From assembly GCF_009914755.1 (NCBI RefSeq), contig NC_060933.1: a DNA stretch of 64,000 bases. One strand, written 5' to 3'. The notes beneath the pieces are model-generated. The model was not told where the DNA came from. It saw only the letters and a list, made by a program, of their open reading frames with translations, and searched no databases. Below, piece by piece: positions 21,201 through 36,164 of this stretch (its first letter is position 1; every line of letters begins with the position of its first letter). The stretch comes from the human T2T-CHM13v2.0 reference genome, Homo sapiens. A program made the translations under genes and the position numbers.

Positions 21201-24200
21201 GTTCATCAGTAATAGTGGCCTATAGTTTTCTTTTTTGCTATGTCCTTGTATGGTTTTGGTATAACAGTAGTGCTGGCTTTGTAGAATGAGTTAGGAAGAA
21301 TTTCCTGCTATTCAGGATTTTTTATAATGGTTTGAGAAAAATTCATGTTAGTTCTTCTTTATAAGTTTTGTAGAATTAAGCAGTAAAGTCATCCAGTCTT
21401 AGGCATTTCTTTCTTGGGAGACTTTTTATTACTGATTAGCCATTGTTACTCATTATTGTTCTGTTCAGGTTCTCTATTTCTTCCTCGTTCAATCTTGGTA
21501 GGTTGTATATGTCCAGGAATTTACCCATTTCCTCTGGGTTTCCAAGTTTGGTAGTGTATAGTTGTTTATAATAGTCTCTTATGATCCTTTGTCTTTCTGT
21601 AGTATCAGTTGGAATGACTCCTTTCTCATCTCTGATTTTATTGATTTGATTCTTTGCTCTCTTTTTCTTAGTATAGCTAGAGATTTGTTGATTTTTTTAA
21701 TCTTTTAAAAAACCCAATTCTTTGTTTTGTTGATCTTTTGTATATTTTAACCTCTATTTTGTTTATTTCTGTCTGATCTTTATTTCTTTCCTTCTACTAA
21801 TTTTGGATTTAGTTTGTCTTTATCTTACTGGTTTCTTGAGGTGCATTGTTAGGTAATTTATTTGAAATCTTTATACTTCTTTGATGCAAGTGTTTATTGC
21901 TATAAACTTCCAACTTAGCACTGCTTTTGCTGTATCCCATAGGTTTTGGTATGTTGTGTTTCAATTTTCATTACTTTCAAGAATTTTTTTTTCTTAATTT
22001 CTTCATTGACTCAGTGGTCATTTAAGGCATGTTGTTTAACTTTTATGTATTTATAGTTTCCAAAGTTCTTCTTGTTACTGATTTCTAGTTTTATTCTACT
22101 ATAGCCTGAGAAGGTTCTTGATGTGATTTTGATTAAAAAAAACTTTTTTGAGACTTGTTATTGGCCTAACATATGATCTATTCTGATGAAGTTTACATGT
22201 GCTGATGAGGCATACAACATATCTGCCACTCTTGAATATGTTCTGTAAATGTCTGTTAGGTTCATTTGGTCTAAAGTGCAATTTAAGTCCAACTTTTCCT
22301 GGTTGATTTTCTATCTAGATTATCTGTCCATTGCTAAAACTAGGATGTTGAAGTCCCCAACCATTATTGTATTGAAGTCTATCTCCCTCTTTAGATACAA
22401 TATTTGACTTTCATATCTACGTGCTCTAGTGTTGGGTGCATATATATTTAAAATTGTTATATATCCTTGCTTAATTGATCCCTTCACCATTATATAATGA
22501 CCTTCTTTGTCTCTTTTTACTTTTTTTAATTTAAAGTCTCTTTCATCTACGATAAGTATAGCTACTCCTCTTCACTTTTGGTTTCCATTTGCATGGAATA
22601 TATTTTTCCATCCCTTCACTTTCAGTCTATATGTGATTCTTTGCTGATGAATGTGAGTTTCTTATAGGCAGCCTATAGTTGGGTCTTTTTTTTTTCCCAT
22701 CTAGGCAGTCCATATCTTTTAAATGAGGAATTTAATCCATTTACATTCAAGGTTATTATTTGATAGATGTGGACTTACACCTGTCATTTTTTAATTGTTT
22801 TCTGGTTGGTTTATATATCCTTCGTTCCTTTCTTTCTTATTATTATTGCTGTTTGGTGGTTTTCGGTAGTTGTAACATGAGTGCTTCCTCTTTCTTGTAT
22901 ATCTGCTCTACCAGTGAGTTTTATACTTTTGTGTGTTTTCATGATGGTAGATTTTGTCTTTTCACTTTTAGATGTAGGACTCCCTTAAACATTTATTCTA
23001 GGACCAGTCTAGTGCTGATGAATTCCCTCAGCTTTTGCTTATCTTGGAAAAACTTTATTTCTTCATTTCTGAAGGATAGTTTTAGTGAATATTTCATTCT
23101 TGGCTGACAGTTTGTTTCTTCTTTTAGCACTTTGAATATATCATCCTATTCTCTCCTGGCCTGTAAGTTTTTTGTGGAGAAATCCACTGTTAGTGTCATG
23201 GGGATTCCTTTATATGTGACGTGACACTTTTCTCTTGCACTTTTCAGAATTCTCTTTTTTTTTTTTTTTTTTTTTTTTGACTTTTGACTCTGACTATACA
23301 GTGCCTTGGAGAGGATGTTCTTAAGTTGAATCTATTTAGGGATCTTTGTGTTTCCTGCATCTGGATGTTTATATCTCTTGCAAGACTTGGGAAAGTTTCA
23401 ATTAATATTTTGTTAATAGGTTTTCTATGCCTTTGCCCATCTCTCATTCTACTAGAACACCCAAAATTCAAATTTTGGTGGCTTCATAGTGACCCATATG
23501 TCACAGAGGCCTTATTATTATTAATTTTTTTCTTTTCTGTTTGAGTTATTTCAAAAGATTTGTCTTCTAGTTCTGAAATTCTTTTTCCACTTGATGTAAT
23601 CTATTGTTGAAGATCTTGATTGTATCGTTTATTTCATTCATTGAATTTTTCAGTTCCAGGATTCCTGTTTAGTTCTTCTTTATGATACGTATCTCTTCAT
23701 TAGTTTTTTTTGAGATCATGAATTGTTTTCTAATTTCTTTTTATTGTTTACCTGTGCTCTGTTGTGTCTCACTGAGATTCTTTAATAGCATTTTGAATCA
23801 TTTTGAGGCATTTCATATATTTCTTTTTTTTCAGAATATGTTGCTGGAGAATTATTGCATTGCTTTGGATGTATCATGTTTTCTTGCTTCTTCACGTTTC
23901 TTGTATCTTTACATTGATACCTGCACATCTGGTGTAACAGTCACTTCTTTCAACTCTTCTTTCAATAGATTAGCTTTTGTAGGAAAAGACGTTTTCCTGA
24001 ACATATACCTATAGTGTTAGTGTAGGGTGCTTTGGCTTTGATTCTGGGTGGGCATGGTGTAGTCTCTGTATTATATCTTTAGCTATAAAAAGTGTTAGTC
24101 GTGTCTGTGAGTTCCTTAGTAGATTAGGCTGTGGCTATTAAGGGAGGTTTTGCTGGGCACAAGGATTTCAAGTAGTCCAGTCTTCTGGCACTAGTGCTGG

Positions 24201-24330
24201 TGGTTGTGGACCAAGCATGCCGGTCCTTGGGCCCTGGGTGGCATATGTGAGCACTGGTAATAGTGAGTCTGGGATGGCTGATCCTTGGCCCTCCAGGCAA
24301 CTTGGCTGGGTGCCAGTAGTGGCAGCAGTG
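18240..24330 (-). mobile_element. Long decayed L1MA-class element (3'UTR, ORF2 and ORF1-side sequence), interrupted by an MST LTR
   Basis: ORF2 remnants at 19851-20075, 20424-20606 and 20733-21206 ([13 protein letters not shown]). ORF1-like remnant at 23244-23471. Confidence 0.85.
19152..19575 (-). mobile_element. MST (MaLR) solo LTR inserted in L1; perfect 5 bp TSD CCTGC
   Basis: TGTATT...CAAACCATATCA. CCTGC at 19147-19151 and 19576-19580. Confidence 0.92.
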
Positions 24331-24335
24331 AGGCC

Positions 24336-26480
24336 ACACATCTGAATATCATCATCATGGGAGTTAGGTTTCAACATATGAATTTTGGAGGGACACAAAC
24401 ATTCAGACCATAGTATTCCCATTTCATAAGTTGTCTCTACACTCTGTTGATTGTTTACTTTGCTGTGCAGAAGCTTTTTAGTTTGATAGAATCCAATTTG
24501 TCTATTTTCACTTTTGTTGCCTGTCTTTTCATATCAAAAAAATCATTGCCCAGACCAATGTCATGGAGCTTTTATCCCATGTTTTCTTCTAGCAGCTGTA
24601 CAATTTAAGACTTTCATCCATTTTGAGTTGATTTTTGTGCGACGGGAGGTAAGCGTTTTAACTTCACTCTTCTGCATGTGAATATCTGGTTCACCAACAC
24701 CATTTATTGAAGAGACGGTCTTTCCCCATTGTATGTTCTTGGCACCTTTATCAAAAATCAATTTACCATACAAGTGTGGATTAATTTCTGGGTTATTTTA
24801 AGCTGACAAGAACTTTTAATTTGATCACATCGAAAAACTCAACACTTTTACTCTCCCCTCAACAAAGTTTATGTTTTAGATGTCACAATTTATATCTCCT
24901 TATATTGCATTTCTCTTATCAAATTATTGTAGATATTAATAGTTTTGTCTGTAAACCTTCATACTAAAGGTATAAGTAAATTAAACACCACCATTACAGT
25001 ACTAGAGTATACTGATTTTGACAGTGTACTTACTCTGAACCAGTGAGTTTTACACTTTCATAAGTTTTCATTTTACTAATTAGTGTCCTTTTCTTTCAGC
25101 TTGAAGAACTGAAAGACATTTCTTATAAGACAGGCTGGTGTTACAGCTTTTGTCTGTCTGGAAAAGTATTTATCTCTTCTTCATTTCCGAAGGACAGCTT
25201 TGCTGGGTAAATTAATCTTATTTGGCAGGTTTTTTTTCCTTTAGCATTACAAATATATCATTCCACTCTATCCTAGCCTGTAAGGTTTATGCTGAGAAAT
25301 TACTGTTAGCCATATTGATATGTGATTTACTTATTTCTTATTATTGCTTTCAGGATCCTCTCTTTTGTCATTGATTTTTAACAATTTGATTAATAACATG
25401 TCTTGGCATATTCTTGTTTGAATCTGATTGAAGACTGCTATAGTTTTAATATTTATCCCCTCTAAAACTCATGTGGAAATTTAATGTGAAATGTGGCCAT
25501 ACTGAGAGGTGGGATCCTTAAAAGGTGTGTGGGTTATTAGAGTTCTCCCTTCATGGATGGATTAATTCATTCATGGATTAATGAATAAATGAGTTAATGG
25601 GTTATCATGGGAGGAAAACTAGTGGCTTTATAAGAAGAGAGACCTGAGCTAGTATGTTAACATACTCAGTCCTCTTGCCATGTGATGCCCTGTACCAACT
25701 TCAGACTGTAGAGAGTCCCCATTAGCAAGAAGACTCTCACCAGAAGTGTTCCCTCACCCTTGGACTTCTCAGCCTCCATAATTGTAAGACATACATTTCT
25801 TCTTATTATAAATTACCCAGTTTCAGACTGTTATGAACGAAATAAAACAGATTAAATAAACTTTGAACTTTCTATACTTGAATATTTTTATATTTCCCAA
25901 GATTTGGAATGTTTTCCGTGTGGAGGGCAGTCTAGAGCCTAGAGCCACAGGAGCCATCTTGGCCTGGAGGCAAGCCTAGAGCCTGAGTCTGTGGGGCTGG
26001 CCTGGTGGTGGGGCAGGCCTGGAGATTAAGTCAACCATGCAAGCCTGGAACCTGGGGCTGCAAGATTCAGCCTGGTGCTGGGGTGGGCCTGGGAGCTCAG
26101 TCTGTAGGTACTAGCCTGGGGCCTGGGGCTATGGGGGCCTCTCTGGCACTGGGTTTAACTGAAGAAGGCTAGTGTTGGGGTCTGAGGCAAAGTCCAGTGC
26201 TCTCTTTTCCCTCCTTCCCTCAAGCAGAGGGTATGTCTCCTTACACTATGCTGCCTGAGGATGGGGGAGGAGTGACAGAGATAATGTGAAACTGTCCTTC
26301 TTATCCTCATGAATGCCTCTTACTTCAGTTCTATACCCAAGTGCTGTCATCTTTCACCTGATTCCCTTAGCTCTTCTGGAGGTATTTTTTGTGCTTGGAT
26401 TGTTGTTCAAACTGATTTTCTGCTGGCAGGATGAGCACTGTAAAGTCCTATTCTGCCTTCTTGCTTATGTCTGGACGTGG
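24336..26480 (-). mobile_element. Mosaic of MaLR end fragment and old L1 fragments (ORF2, ORF1 and 5' region)
   Basis: ACAAACATTCAGACCATAG MaLR terminus. ORF 24561-24773 reads YGKLIFDKGAKNIQWGK. GC-richer L1M 5'-like stretch at 25920-26480. Confidence 0.6.
25436..25860 (+). mobile_element. MST-type (MSTC/D-like) LTR
   Basis: TGCTATAGTTT...AAAACTCATGT...TATAAATTACCCAG. Confidence 0.8.
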
Positions 26481-28176
26481 AATTCCAGTACTTTAAAAGA
26501 CAATATAACTAAGTAAAAATACAAATCAGTTACCATACAAATCAGTTACCATGTAGTTTTACATCTAGTCAGCTTTACAAGTTTACTCTAACTTCATGCT
26601 CCTGTCATCATGTGAGATTGTGACATTGCTCAAGTCTAAGGCCAATACGGAAGATTTAGTGATGGCAATACCTTGATTTAGACGTTTCCTTCTGGTCCAC
26701 TACTTCAGTTTTGATACATGTTTATTTACACTCCTTTATGTACTTTGGTACAGACTTAAACAACTCAATAAAATCTGAAAGTGTATTTATTCTCTTTTTA
26801 TATATTCAACTTGTAATATGGTTCCCCTGTCTAGCCATAATGTTCATTTTTCTCTGTGATATCTAATGTGGATACTTAATGGTCACTGTGAACTTATTTG
26901 GGGATATAATCCTATTTGATTTTTCAAGTGACATATCAGCTTTTAATTTGTTAGTGGTAATAAACTCTGTTTGACTGTCTTTGCTTTCATCCTACACTAA
27001 AAATTGGGACTGTTTTAAACATTGCTTGAATACATGTTTATTTAAACACACAAAGATCATAGGGATGATAAAATAGAAAAGTAAAGTTTCCCATAATTCC
27101 ACACCTAGATTATACTTTTAAAAAAGATTTATAGCTATCCTAGTGGATGTGAAGTGGTTATCTCCATGTGGCTTTGATTTGCATTTCCTAATGACTAATG
27201 GTGTTGAACAACTTTTCATATGCTTACTGGACATTTTTATATCTTCTGTGGAGAAGTGTCTGTTCAAATCCTTTGCCTATCTTTACATTGGGTCATTTGC
27301 TTTTAATCGTTTAGTTGTAAAAGTTATTCATAAATTTTGGAGACTAGTCCCTTATCAGATATATAATTTGCAAATATTTTCTTCTGTGGGGTCGCTTTCC
27401 ACTTTCTAGATAGTGTCCCTTTAGGTATGAAATATTTTAATATTGAACAAATCGAATTATTGATTTTTTCTCTTGTACTTGTGCTTTTGGTGTCATAACT
27501 AGAAAACTTTTGCCTAAAATAAAGGCCATAAAGATTTACACCTGTTTTCTTCTGAGTTTTATGGTTTTAACACTTACATTGAGGTTTTTATCCTTTTTGA
27601 ATTACTTTTCATATTTAATGTGAAGTAAGGATCCATATTAACTCTTTTGCATTTAGATATCCAGTGTTCCAGAATCATTTGTTGAAAAGACTATTTTTTT
27701 TTCTCATTGAATGATGAGGAATGATGAAGAATTTTTACCCTGGTGAAAAATCAGTTAATCATAGATGTGTGGGTTTATTTCTGGACACTAAATTCTGTTC
27801 CATTGATCTATATGTTCATCCTTATTCCAGTACCAGACTGCCTTAATAAAGCTTTATTGTAGGTTTTGAAATTGGGAAGTGTGAGTCCTCCTACTTTGCT
27901 ATTTTTTATTAGGATTGTTTTGGCTATTCTTGGTCCTATTCAATTATATATAAATTTTATGATCAACTTGTCAACTTCTAAAAAGAAGTCAGCTGAAATT
28001 CTGATAAAAATTGTGCTGAATCTGTAGATCTGTTTGGGGAGAACTGCCATCGTAACGATGTTAGGTCTCCTGATCCATGAACATAGAATGGTTTTCCATC
28101 TTAAATTTCTTTCAGCACTGCTTTGTAGTTTTATAATTATCTTGTTAAATTTTTATTCTTTTTGATGCTATTATAC

Positions 28177-28481
28177 TTTTATTTTATTTTTTGTTTGTTT
28201 GTTTTTTAGAGATGGGGTCTTGCTCTGTCACCTAGACTGGAGTGCAGTGGTCTGGTCATATCTCACTGTTGCCTTGAACTTCTGGGCTCAAGCAATCCTC
28301 TCATCTCAGCCTCTTAAGTAGCTAGAACTACATGCCCAGCTAATTAAAAAAATAATTTGTTCATAGAGATGAGGTCTCACTATGTTGCCCAGACTGGTCT
28401 TGAACTCCTGGCTGCAAGCATTCCTCCACCTTGGCCTCCCAGAGTGCTGGGATTATAGGCATGTGCCACTGCAACCAGGCT
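28177..28481 (-). mobile_element. AluJ
   Basis: Reverse Alu with J-type GGCTCAAGCAATCCTC. Confidence 0.88.
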
Positions 28482-28812
28482 AATTTTACTTTCTGATTGT
28501 TTATTGCAAGTGTATATAAAAATACAATTGATTTGTATCCTGCAACCTTGCTGAAATTGTTTAGTTCTAACAACTTTTTAGTGCGTTCTTTAGAATTTTC
28601 TGTGTAGAAGATCATGACATCTAAGAATAGACATAGTTTTAGTTTTTTCTTTCCCATTTGAATGCATTTTATTTCTTTTTCTTGCCTTATGGCTCTGGCT
28701 AGAAACTCTAGTACAATGTTGAATAGAAGTGGCAAGAGCAGATATCATGTTTTGTTCCTAATCTAAGAGGGACAGACTTCAGTTCTTTCACTATTATATT
28801 AGCTGTGGGGTC

Positions 28813-29128
<316 letters not shown>

Positions 29129-32100
29129 TAGGCTGTTATAGACACTGTTTATCAGCTTGAGGAAGTTGCCTTCTATTCCTAGTTTGTTAACTTTCTTTTA
29201 ATCAAGAAAGGGTTTCGGATTTTGTCAAGTGCTTTTTCTGTAGCTATAGAGATGATAATCGGATTCCTCCCCACTTCATTATATTTATGTGGGCTACTGT
29301 ATTGATAGACTTTTTTATGTTAAATCAACTTTGCATTCCTAGGATAAACCCATATATCATAGCATATAGTCTTTTTTTTATGCACTGCTGAATTCAGTTT
29401 GCTTGTATCTTATTGAGGATTTTTGTTCTGTATTCATAAGGGATATTGGTCTGATTTTTTTTTCTGAGATATATTGGTCTGGTTTTGATACCAGAATAAT
29501 TAATTCTGGCCTCTTAGAATGAGTTCCCTCTTCTATTTTTGGAATGTTTTGTGAAGAATTGGTGTTAATTCTTCTTTAAACATTTGGTAGAATTCACCAG
29601 TAAATTTATCAGGTGATTGATTTTTCTTTGTGAGAAATATTTCGATGATAAACTCAATCTTATTTATTATAGGTCTATTTAGATTTTCTGTTTCTTCTTG
29701 AGTCAGTTTTAGCAGTTTGTGTTTGTTTTTAGGAATTTGTCCATTTCATGTGTCATCTAATTTGTTTACAATATTCTGTATAATGCTTCTAATTTCTGTA
29801 AAGTTGGTAGTAACGTCTCCTTTTTCATTCCTGAGATTAGTAATTTGAGTCTTTTTTCTTGGTCTTGTTAAAAGAGTTTTCAATTTTGTTGAAATTTTCA
29901 AAGAAACAACTTTTGGTTTCATTAATTTTCCACTATTGTTTTTCTATTCTCTATTTTATCTCCACTGTCATCTTTATAATTTTCTTCTTCCTGCTTGCTT
30001 TGGGTTTAATTTACTCTTTTTTTCTGGTTTAGTAGTGTGGAAGTTTAGGCTATTGACTTGAGGTCTTCCTTCTTTTTAAATGTAGGTATTTACACTAAAA
30101 ATTTCCCCCTGGGCACTGCTTTTGCTACATCCCATAAAGTTTGGTTTTGGTATGTTTTATTTTCATTCACCTCAAAGTATTTTTTATTTTGCCTTGTGAT
30201 TTTGTCTTTGATCCATTGGTTATTTATGAGTGTGTTGTTTTATTTCCACATATTTATTTCCTCAAATTTCTTCCTGGCATGTTTTCTAATTAATTTGATG
30301 TGGTCAGAAAACAGTATTTATATTATTAGAGTGCTTTTACATTCATCAAGATTTATTTTATGGCTTAACATATGGTCTATAATGGAAAATGTTTCATATT
30401 TCCTTAAGAATGTATATTCTGCTGTCTTTGAGTGAAGTGTTCTATAGATGTTTTTAGGTCTAGTTGGTTTAGTGTGTTGCTAAAGACTTCTATTTCCTTC
30501 CTGATCTTGTCTCATTGTTCTATTATTGAATGTTGAGTACTGTTGACTTGTGTATTTCTCTTCAATTCTATTGGTTTTGCTTCATGTATTTGGGGCTGTT
30601 AGGTGCATATGTTTATAACTGCCGTCTTCTTAATGCATTGATCCTTTATCATCAGAAAATATCTGCCTTTGTCTCTAGAAAAAAATTGTTGTCTTGAAAT
30701 CTATTTTGTCTGGTATTAGTGTAGCCACGCAGCTAGCTCTTTTGGTTAGGGTTTGCATGATATATCGTCTTCCATCGTTTTACTTTCAACCTATATGTAT
30801 CTGTGAATCTAAAGTATGTAACTTGAAAACAGCATATAGTTGGACCAGTTTTTTAATCCATTCTTCCAATATCTGCCTTTTACTTAGTTTAATCCATTTA
30901 TTTTATTGTAATCACTGATAAGATAGGCTTTATGTCTGTTATTGCTTTCTATATGTCTTTTTTGTTCCTCAATTATTTCATAACTGCCTTCTTTTTGTTA
31001 GATATTTTCTAGTGTACAATTTTAATTCCTTTGTCATTTCTTCTTTTATAATATATTTTTGAGTTATTTTCTTAGGGAAAACTATTAGCATCTTAATGTA
31101 TAACAATCTGGTCTGGATTAATACCAGCTTAGTTTTCATACTAGATACAAACTTTGCTCCCTTATAGTTTTGTTACCCACCCCAGTTATGGTGTTTTTGT
31201 CACAACCTACATTTTTATATAGCGTGTGCCTATTAACATAGATTTATATTTATTGCTACATGCAGTTGTCTTTTGAATTAGATAGGGAATGAAAGGAGTT
31301 ACAAATAAAAAATACATCACACTGTTCCACATGGATTTGACTAACTGTCTAGTGCCCTTTCAGTCTGAAGCATTATCTTTAGTATTTCTTTTTAGGGAAG
31401 GTCTGCTAGTGAAAAACTCTGTTTTAGTTGATCTTGGAATTTACTAATTTCTCTTTCATTTTTGAAGGACAATTTTGCCAGATATAGAATTCCTGGTTGA
31501 GTTTTACTTTTCAGCAGTTAGAACATGTCTATTGCTGCCCTCTGGTTTCCATAGTTTCTACTGAGAAATCAGATATTAATCTTACCAAGGATCCCATACA
31601 CATGACAAGTAACTTGTTTTCAAAATTTTCTTTTTCTTTGGTTTTGACAATTTGAGTATGTGTCTGTGTGGGTCCCCTTGAATATATCTTACTCAGAGTT
31701 CAGAGTTTCTGGAATTTGTACATTGACGTTTTTCATCAAATTTAGGATGTTTAAAGCAATTATATATTCAAGTTTTCTTTTTAACACTTTCACTATTTTC
31801 TCCTACTGTGAATCCCATAATGTGCATGCTGATTGGCTTGATGGTGTGCCACAGATCCCTAAAGCTATTTACTTTTCTTTGCTGTTTTTTCTTCTGCTCC
31901 TCAGTCTGTTTATTGCCAACTAACCTGTCATCAAGTTTGCTGATTCTTCTCCCTAGCCAAATCTGCTATTGAGCCCCTTTAGTGCATTTAGTATACCTTT
32001 TCACAGAATCTTTCTTTCCTTTTAAAATATCTCTCTTGATATTCTCTATTATATATTACATATATGAGTCATAGTTTTTGTATTTTCTTTTAGTTCTTTG

Positions 32101-32904
32101 AATATAGTTACTTTACTTCTTTGAACATATTTAAAATAGCTGATTTAAATTCCTTATCTTCTAAGTCTAATGTCTGGTCATCCATAGAGGCCATTTCTAT
32201 TGTTTGCTTTTATTCCTGGGTATAGGCCATACTTTGTCTCTTTCCATGTCTTGCAATATTTTGTTGAAAATTGAACATTTTGAATAATATAATGTGCCAA
32301 TTCTGGAAATCAGATTCTCCACCATTCCCAGGTTTATTGCTACTGTTGTTTGGTGACTTTCCTGAACTAACTTCATAAAAGTCCATATTTTTTTTTGTCA
32401 CAGGTGGCCACTGAGGTCTCTTCTCAGTAGCATGGTGGTCAGTTAGTAATTGGGACAGATATTTCCTTAAAGCAACAAATCTCCCATTTATTATTGAGGA
32501 GCTCATTGTGCATGCTGGGGCAAGACTTCCACATTCATTTAGGTAGTTTTCAGCTCTGCCTTAGCCTTAAGTTTCTGTTCGCGAATAGCCTTAAAGTAAA
32601 TAAGGAGTTAGAGTTACAGCCTTCTCAGGTATTTCCTGAGCATGCACACAGCCCTACACATGTGTGGCATACCCTTCTAGATTTGAATTTCTTTTTAATC
32701 ATGTCCTTATTAGTGCTTTTGGTGTCTTGTCCAATTAAATCTTGCCTACCTCAAGGTCATAAAGATATTTTGTTTTCTAGTGGTTTTATGGATTCTTAGT
32801 TTTATGTTTCATTCTATGATTCATTTTGAATTAATTTTTGTGTATTATGTAAAAGTTGGGCCTCTTTTTCATATGGAAAACCTGTTGTTTCAGTATTGTT
32901 TATC

Positions 32905-33201
32905 TTTTTATTTTATTTTAAGACAGAGTCTTGCTCTGTCACCCAGGCTGGAGTGCAGTGGTGCAATCTCATCTCACAGCAAGCTCCGCCTCCTGGGTTC
33001 ATACCATTCTCCTGCCTCAGCCTCCCGAGTAGCTGGGACTACAGGCCTACACCAGCACACCCGGCTAATTTTTTTATTTTTTGTAGAGACAGGATATCTT
33101 GCTATGTGCCCCAGGATAGTCTCAAACTCCTGGCCTCAAGCAATCCTCCAAACTTGGCCTCCCAGTGATGGGATTATAGGTGTGAGTCACTTCACCTGGC
33201 T
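32905..33201 (-). mobile_element. Chimeric Alu: AluY-type right arm plus AluJ/FLAM-type left arm
   Basis: GCAAGCTCCGCC...CCATTCTCC (Y-type) versus TTGTAGAGAC...GCTATG...GGCCTCAAGCAATCCTCC (J-type). Confidence 0.75.
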
Positions 33202-34905
33202 GGAAGAATGTTTTATGTGTTATCTAGTTATGAATATGGCACCCTAATTTTTCCAGTGTTTTTCTTCTTTGTGAATATAACTGGAAAAAGACATAGTATG
33301 TTATATATACACATATATACATGTGTATATGTGTGTATATACTCATATATATGAGTATACATATGTATGTGTGCAGAACATGTACCCAAGGCAAAGCCAA
33401 GAAACAGAACCCTGTCAGCGTCCCACAAGTTCTTCATCTTTTTCCTGTCCCTGGCATGGTTCCACTCCCCAACTAGATGCAACCACTATCCTGATCTTTG
33501 CAATAATTTTTTCTTTAATGATTATTTTTAAACTTTACATGAATGGACTCATATTGTGTATGTGTACTTTATTCTCATTCACCAAAAATTTTTTTCTGTT
33601 TATAATTCTAGATTACCACTGTCTTCTGACTCAATGTTGCTGTCAAGAAGTAAGTTATCAGTTTAATCTTGTCTTTAGCTCTTTTTGATTTCTTTTTTCT
33701 ACTGGCATTCTACAGTTTTGGTATGATGTTTTTTAGTTTATCTGCTTTGAATAAAATTTTAATATATTTTCCAACATTTTTAGTTGTGCTCAGTAAGAAG
33801 GTTGGTCCTGCTATGATTAGAAATGGGATTTAAATAAAAAAAAAAAGTTAGAATCTTATTTACATACTGCTTTGTAACCTACTTTTAAAAACTAAACTTA
33901 TTATGAGGCTTTTTCCTTGTAATTATAAGTTCTATTTTTATGAGTGCATAGTATACCTCTACAGGAAAACACTAATTTACTCAATCTATTGTTGCACATT
34001 GTAGTTCTTGGTGATTTTCTAGTATAATAAATGCTACACAAGATGATTTTTTTTATTCACATGGAATAACTGAAATTAAGACATATCAATGCCACCAACT
34101 AGATGTATCCTCATTTAGTTATAAACAAGAGATAATGTGATTATTTTTGCTCCAAGGGATGTCAGTAGATGGTATGGCTACACAACTTACTTGAAAATAA
34201 AACAAATGGGGGTGACTGGTGTTGCACCTGTCCCATTGAGTCACTACCTTTCAGTATTTTTCTCAACAATATATCTAGTGAGGTCACTAGCAATTTTAAA
34301 AAATATGAGAATATAAAATATGATAGAGGGTCAATTCAGCCTAGTTAGCTTCCCTACACAGACCTTTCGCTGATCATGCTGCTGTAGTTATTGTGAGAGG
34401 TATATGAGAAATCTGATACAAGAGACATTTGTATTATCATCAGACTTTTCCAATACTAAAAGAGTAAATTCAGAAATACCATTCTGTCTGTTGCTCATAT
34501 CATTAAGAAGAGGTAAAGCACTCAGAATCCTGACAGCCAGGATTACTCTAAGAATCTCTTTGTGAAATAAAAAACAAGATGTAAATTATTGCTTCCTTTT
34601 TTTAAAGCTAAGGTGGGGAGGCAAGCAACCCTTCAAATTCTACTTCTGTGACACTGGACACATATAATGATACTATTGTGTTTCTCTTAAAGAAAGGGCA
34701 CACTGTAACTTAAAGTTGATGCCCAACAGGGTCATTTTGGAGTAAGTTTCTAGCAGACAAAAGCTATGCTATTTAAACATCTCATAAAAAATACCTTTTC
34801 TTTTTTTAAGTAATAGAGTACCAAAAGCAAAACTTTGAGCTTCCAACATGAGGAAAATTGTGCTATCTGCTAAATGTAGACCAATGACAAAAGGGTTATC
34901 ATATT

Positions 34906-35012
34906 TAATAAATATAATTGGCTAGTGTATCATCTTGGATCTGTTATTGTTGATCTATAAATAATAAATATAATTGGCGAATGTATCATCTTGGATCTGT
35001 TATTGTTGATCT
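34906..35012. repeat. 51 bp direct tandem duplication (34906-34956, 34962-35012) with ATAAA linker
   Basis: Two copies with 2 mismatches. Confidence 0.93.
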
Positions 35013-35095
35013 TTCATTTCAAAAAGCATGTTACTGAGCAAATCAATTTCCCAGGGAAGCACTTTACTAAGACCAATTTTTGTCACACTTCTTAG

Positions 35096-35479
<384 letters not shown>

Positions 35480-36104
35480 AGTACTGCAATTTTAAACAAT
35501 TGTACTTTGCCATCATGCAAAATAAATTTGATATCCTGTTTCCTACCCAAAATATACATAATAGTAGTGCATTATATAAAATGTAATCCTAAATAGTCAA
35601 GGGATAAAGTAAGATAGGTCTTTCCCATAACACACTTCTGAAATATTTAAAATTTGAGTTAAAAAAAGTATCCACTTTATCAAACACTTTTTGGAGTCTA
35701 TCTATGTATTATATTGTGTAAGTAAGACCACTATATCTGGCTTATAACATACAGAAGTGAGACTCAGGATTGAGAAAACATAGGATGTAACACTAAAATA
35801 ACCGAGTAATTATATGTGCTCTACAGCTTCATTTGAAATGGATGGGAAAAAGCGTATCTAGTCATAATAACTTTTATAAGGCAATTAGTCACTGTTAATA
35901 CAATTTAAAAACAACTGTGGCGATATCTCTAATTTGTTTTTGACATTTCTTTTATGTTCTAGACATAGTGGCATTTTTATTCTTTCTACAAATGTAGGTC
36001 ATAAAATTATTGGTTTCATTTAGACAACAGTTCACACCTCCACCCCCCTACCACCATCAAAGCAAATAAAATGGAAAGCTTGGTAGACTAGACTCAAGTT
36101 TAAA

Positions 36105-36164
36105 GCACCAAAAGTAAAAACAAAATCACACTTAACACTCATTTTAGGAGATAAAAGGTTTACT
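36105..36164 (-). terminator. Candidate distal poly(A) site: AGTAAA (36164-36159) plus GU/U-rich downstream element
   Basis: Minus strand reads AGTAAA-ccttttatctcctaaaat-GAGTGTTAAGTGTGATTTTGTTTTTACTTTTGGTG. Confidence 0.55.

Noticed and set aside
35976-35981. AATAAA (minus strand) as the terminal poly(A) signal
   Set aside because: Downstream sequence is A-rich rather than GU-rich; the AGTAAA site at 36164 fits better. Not excluded as a minor site.
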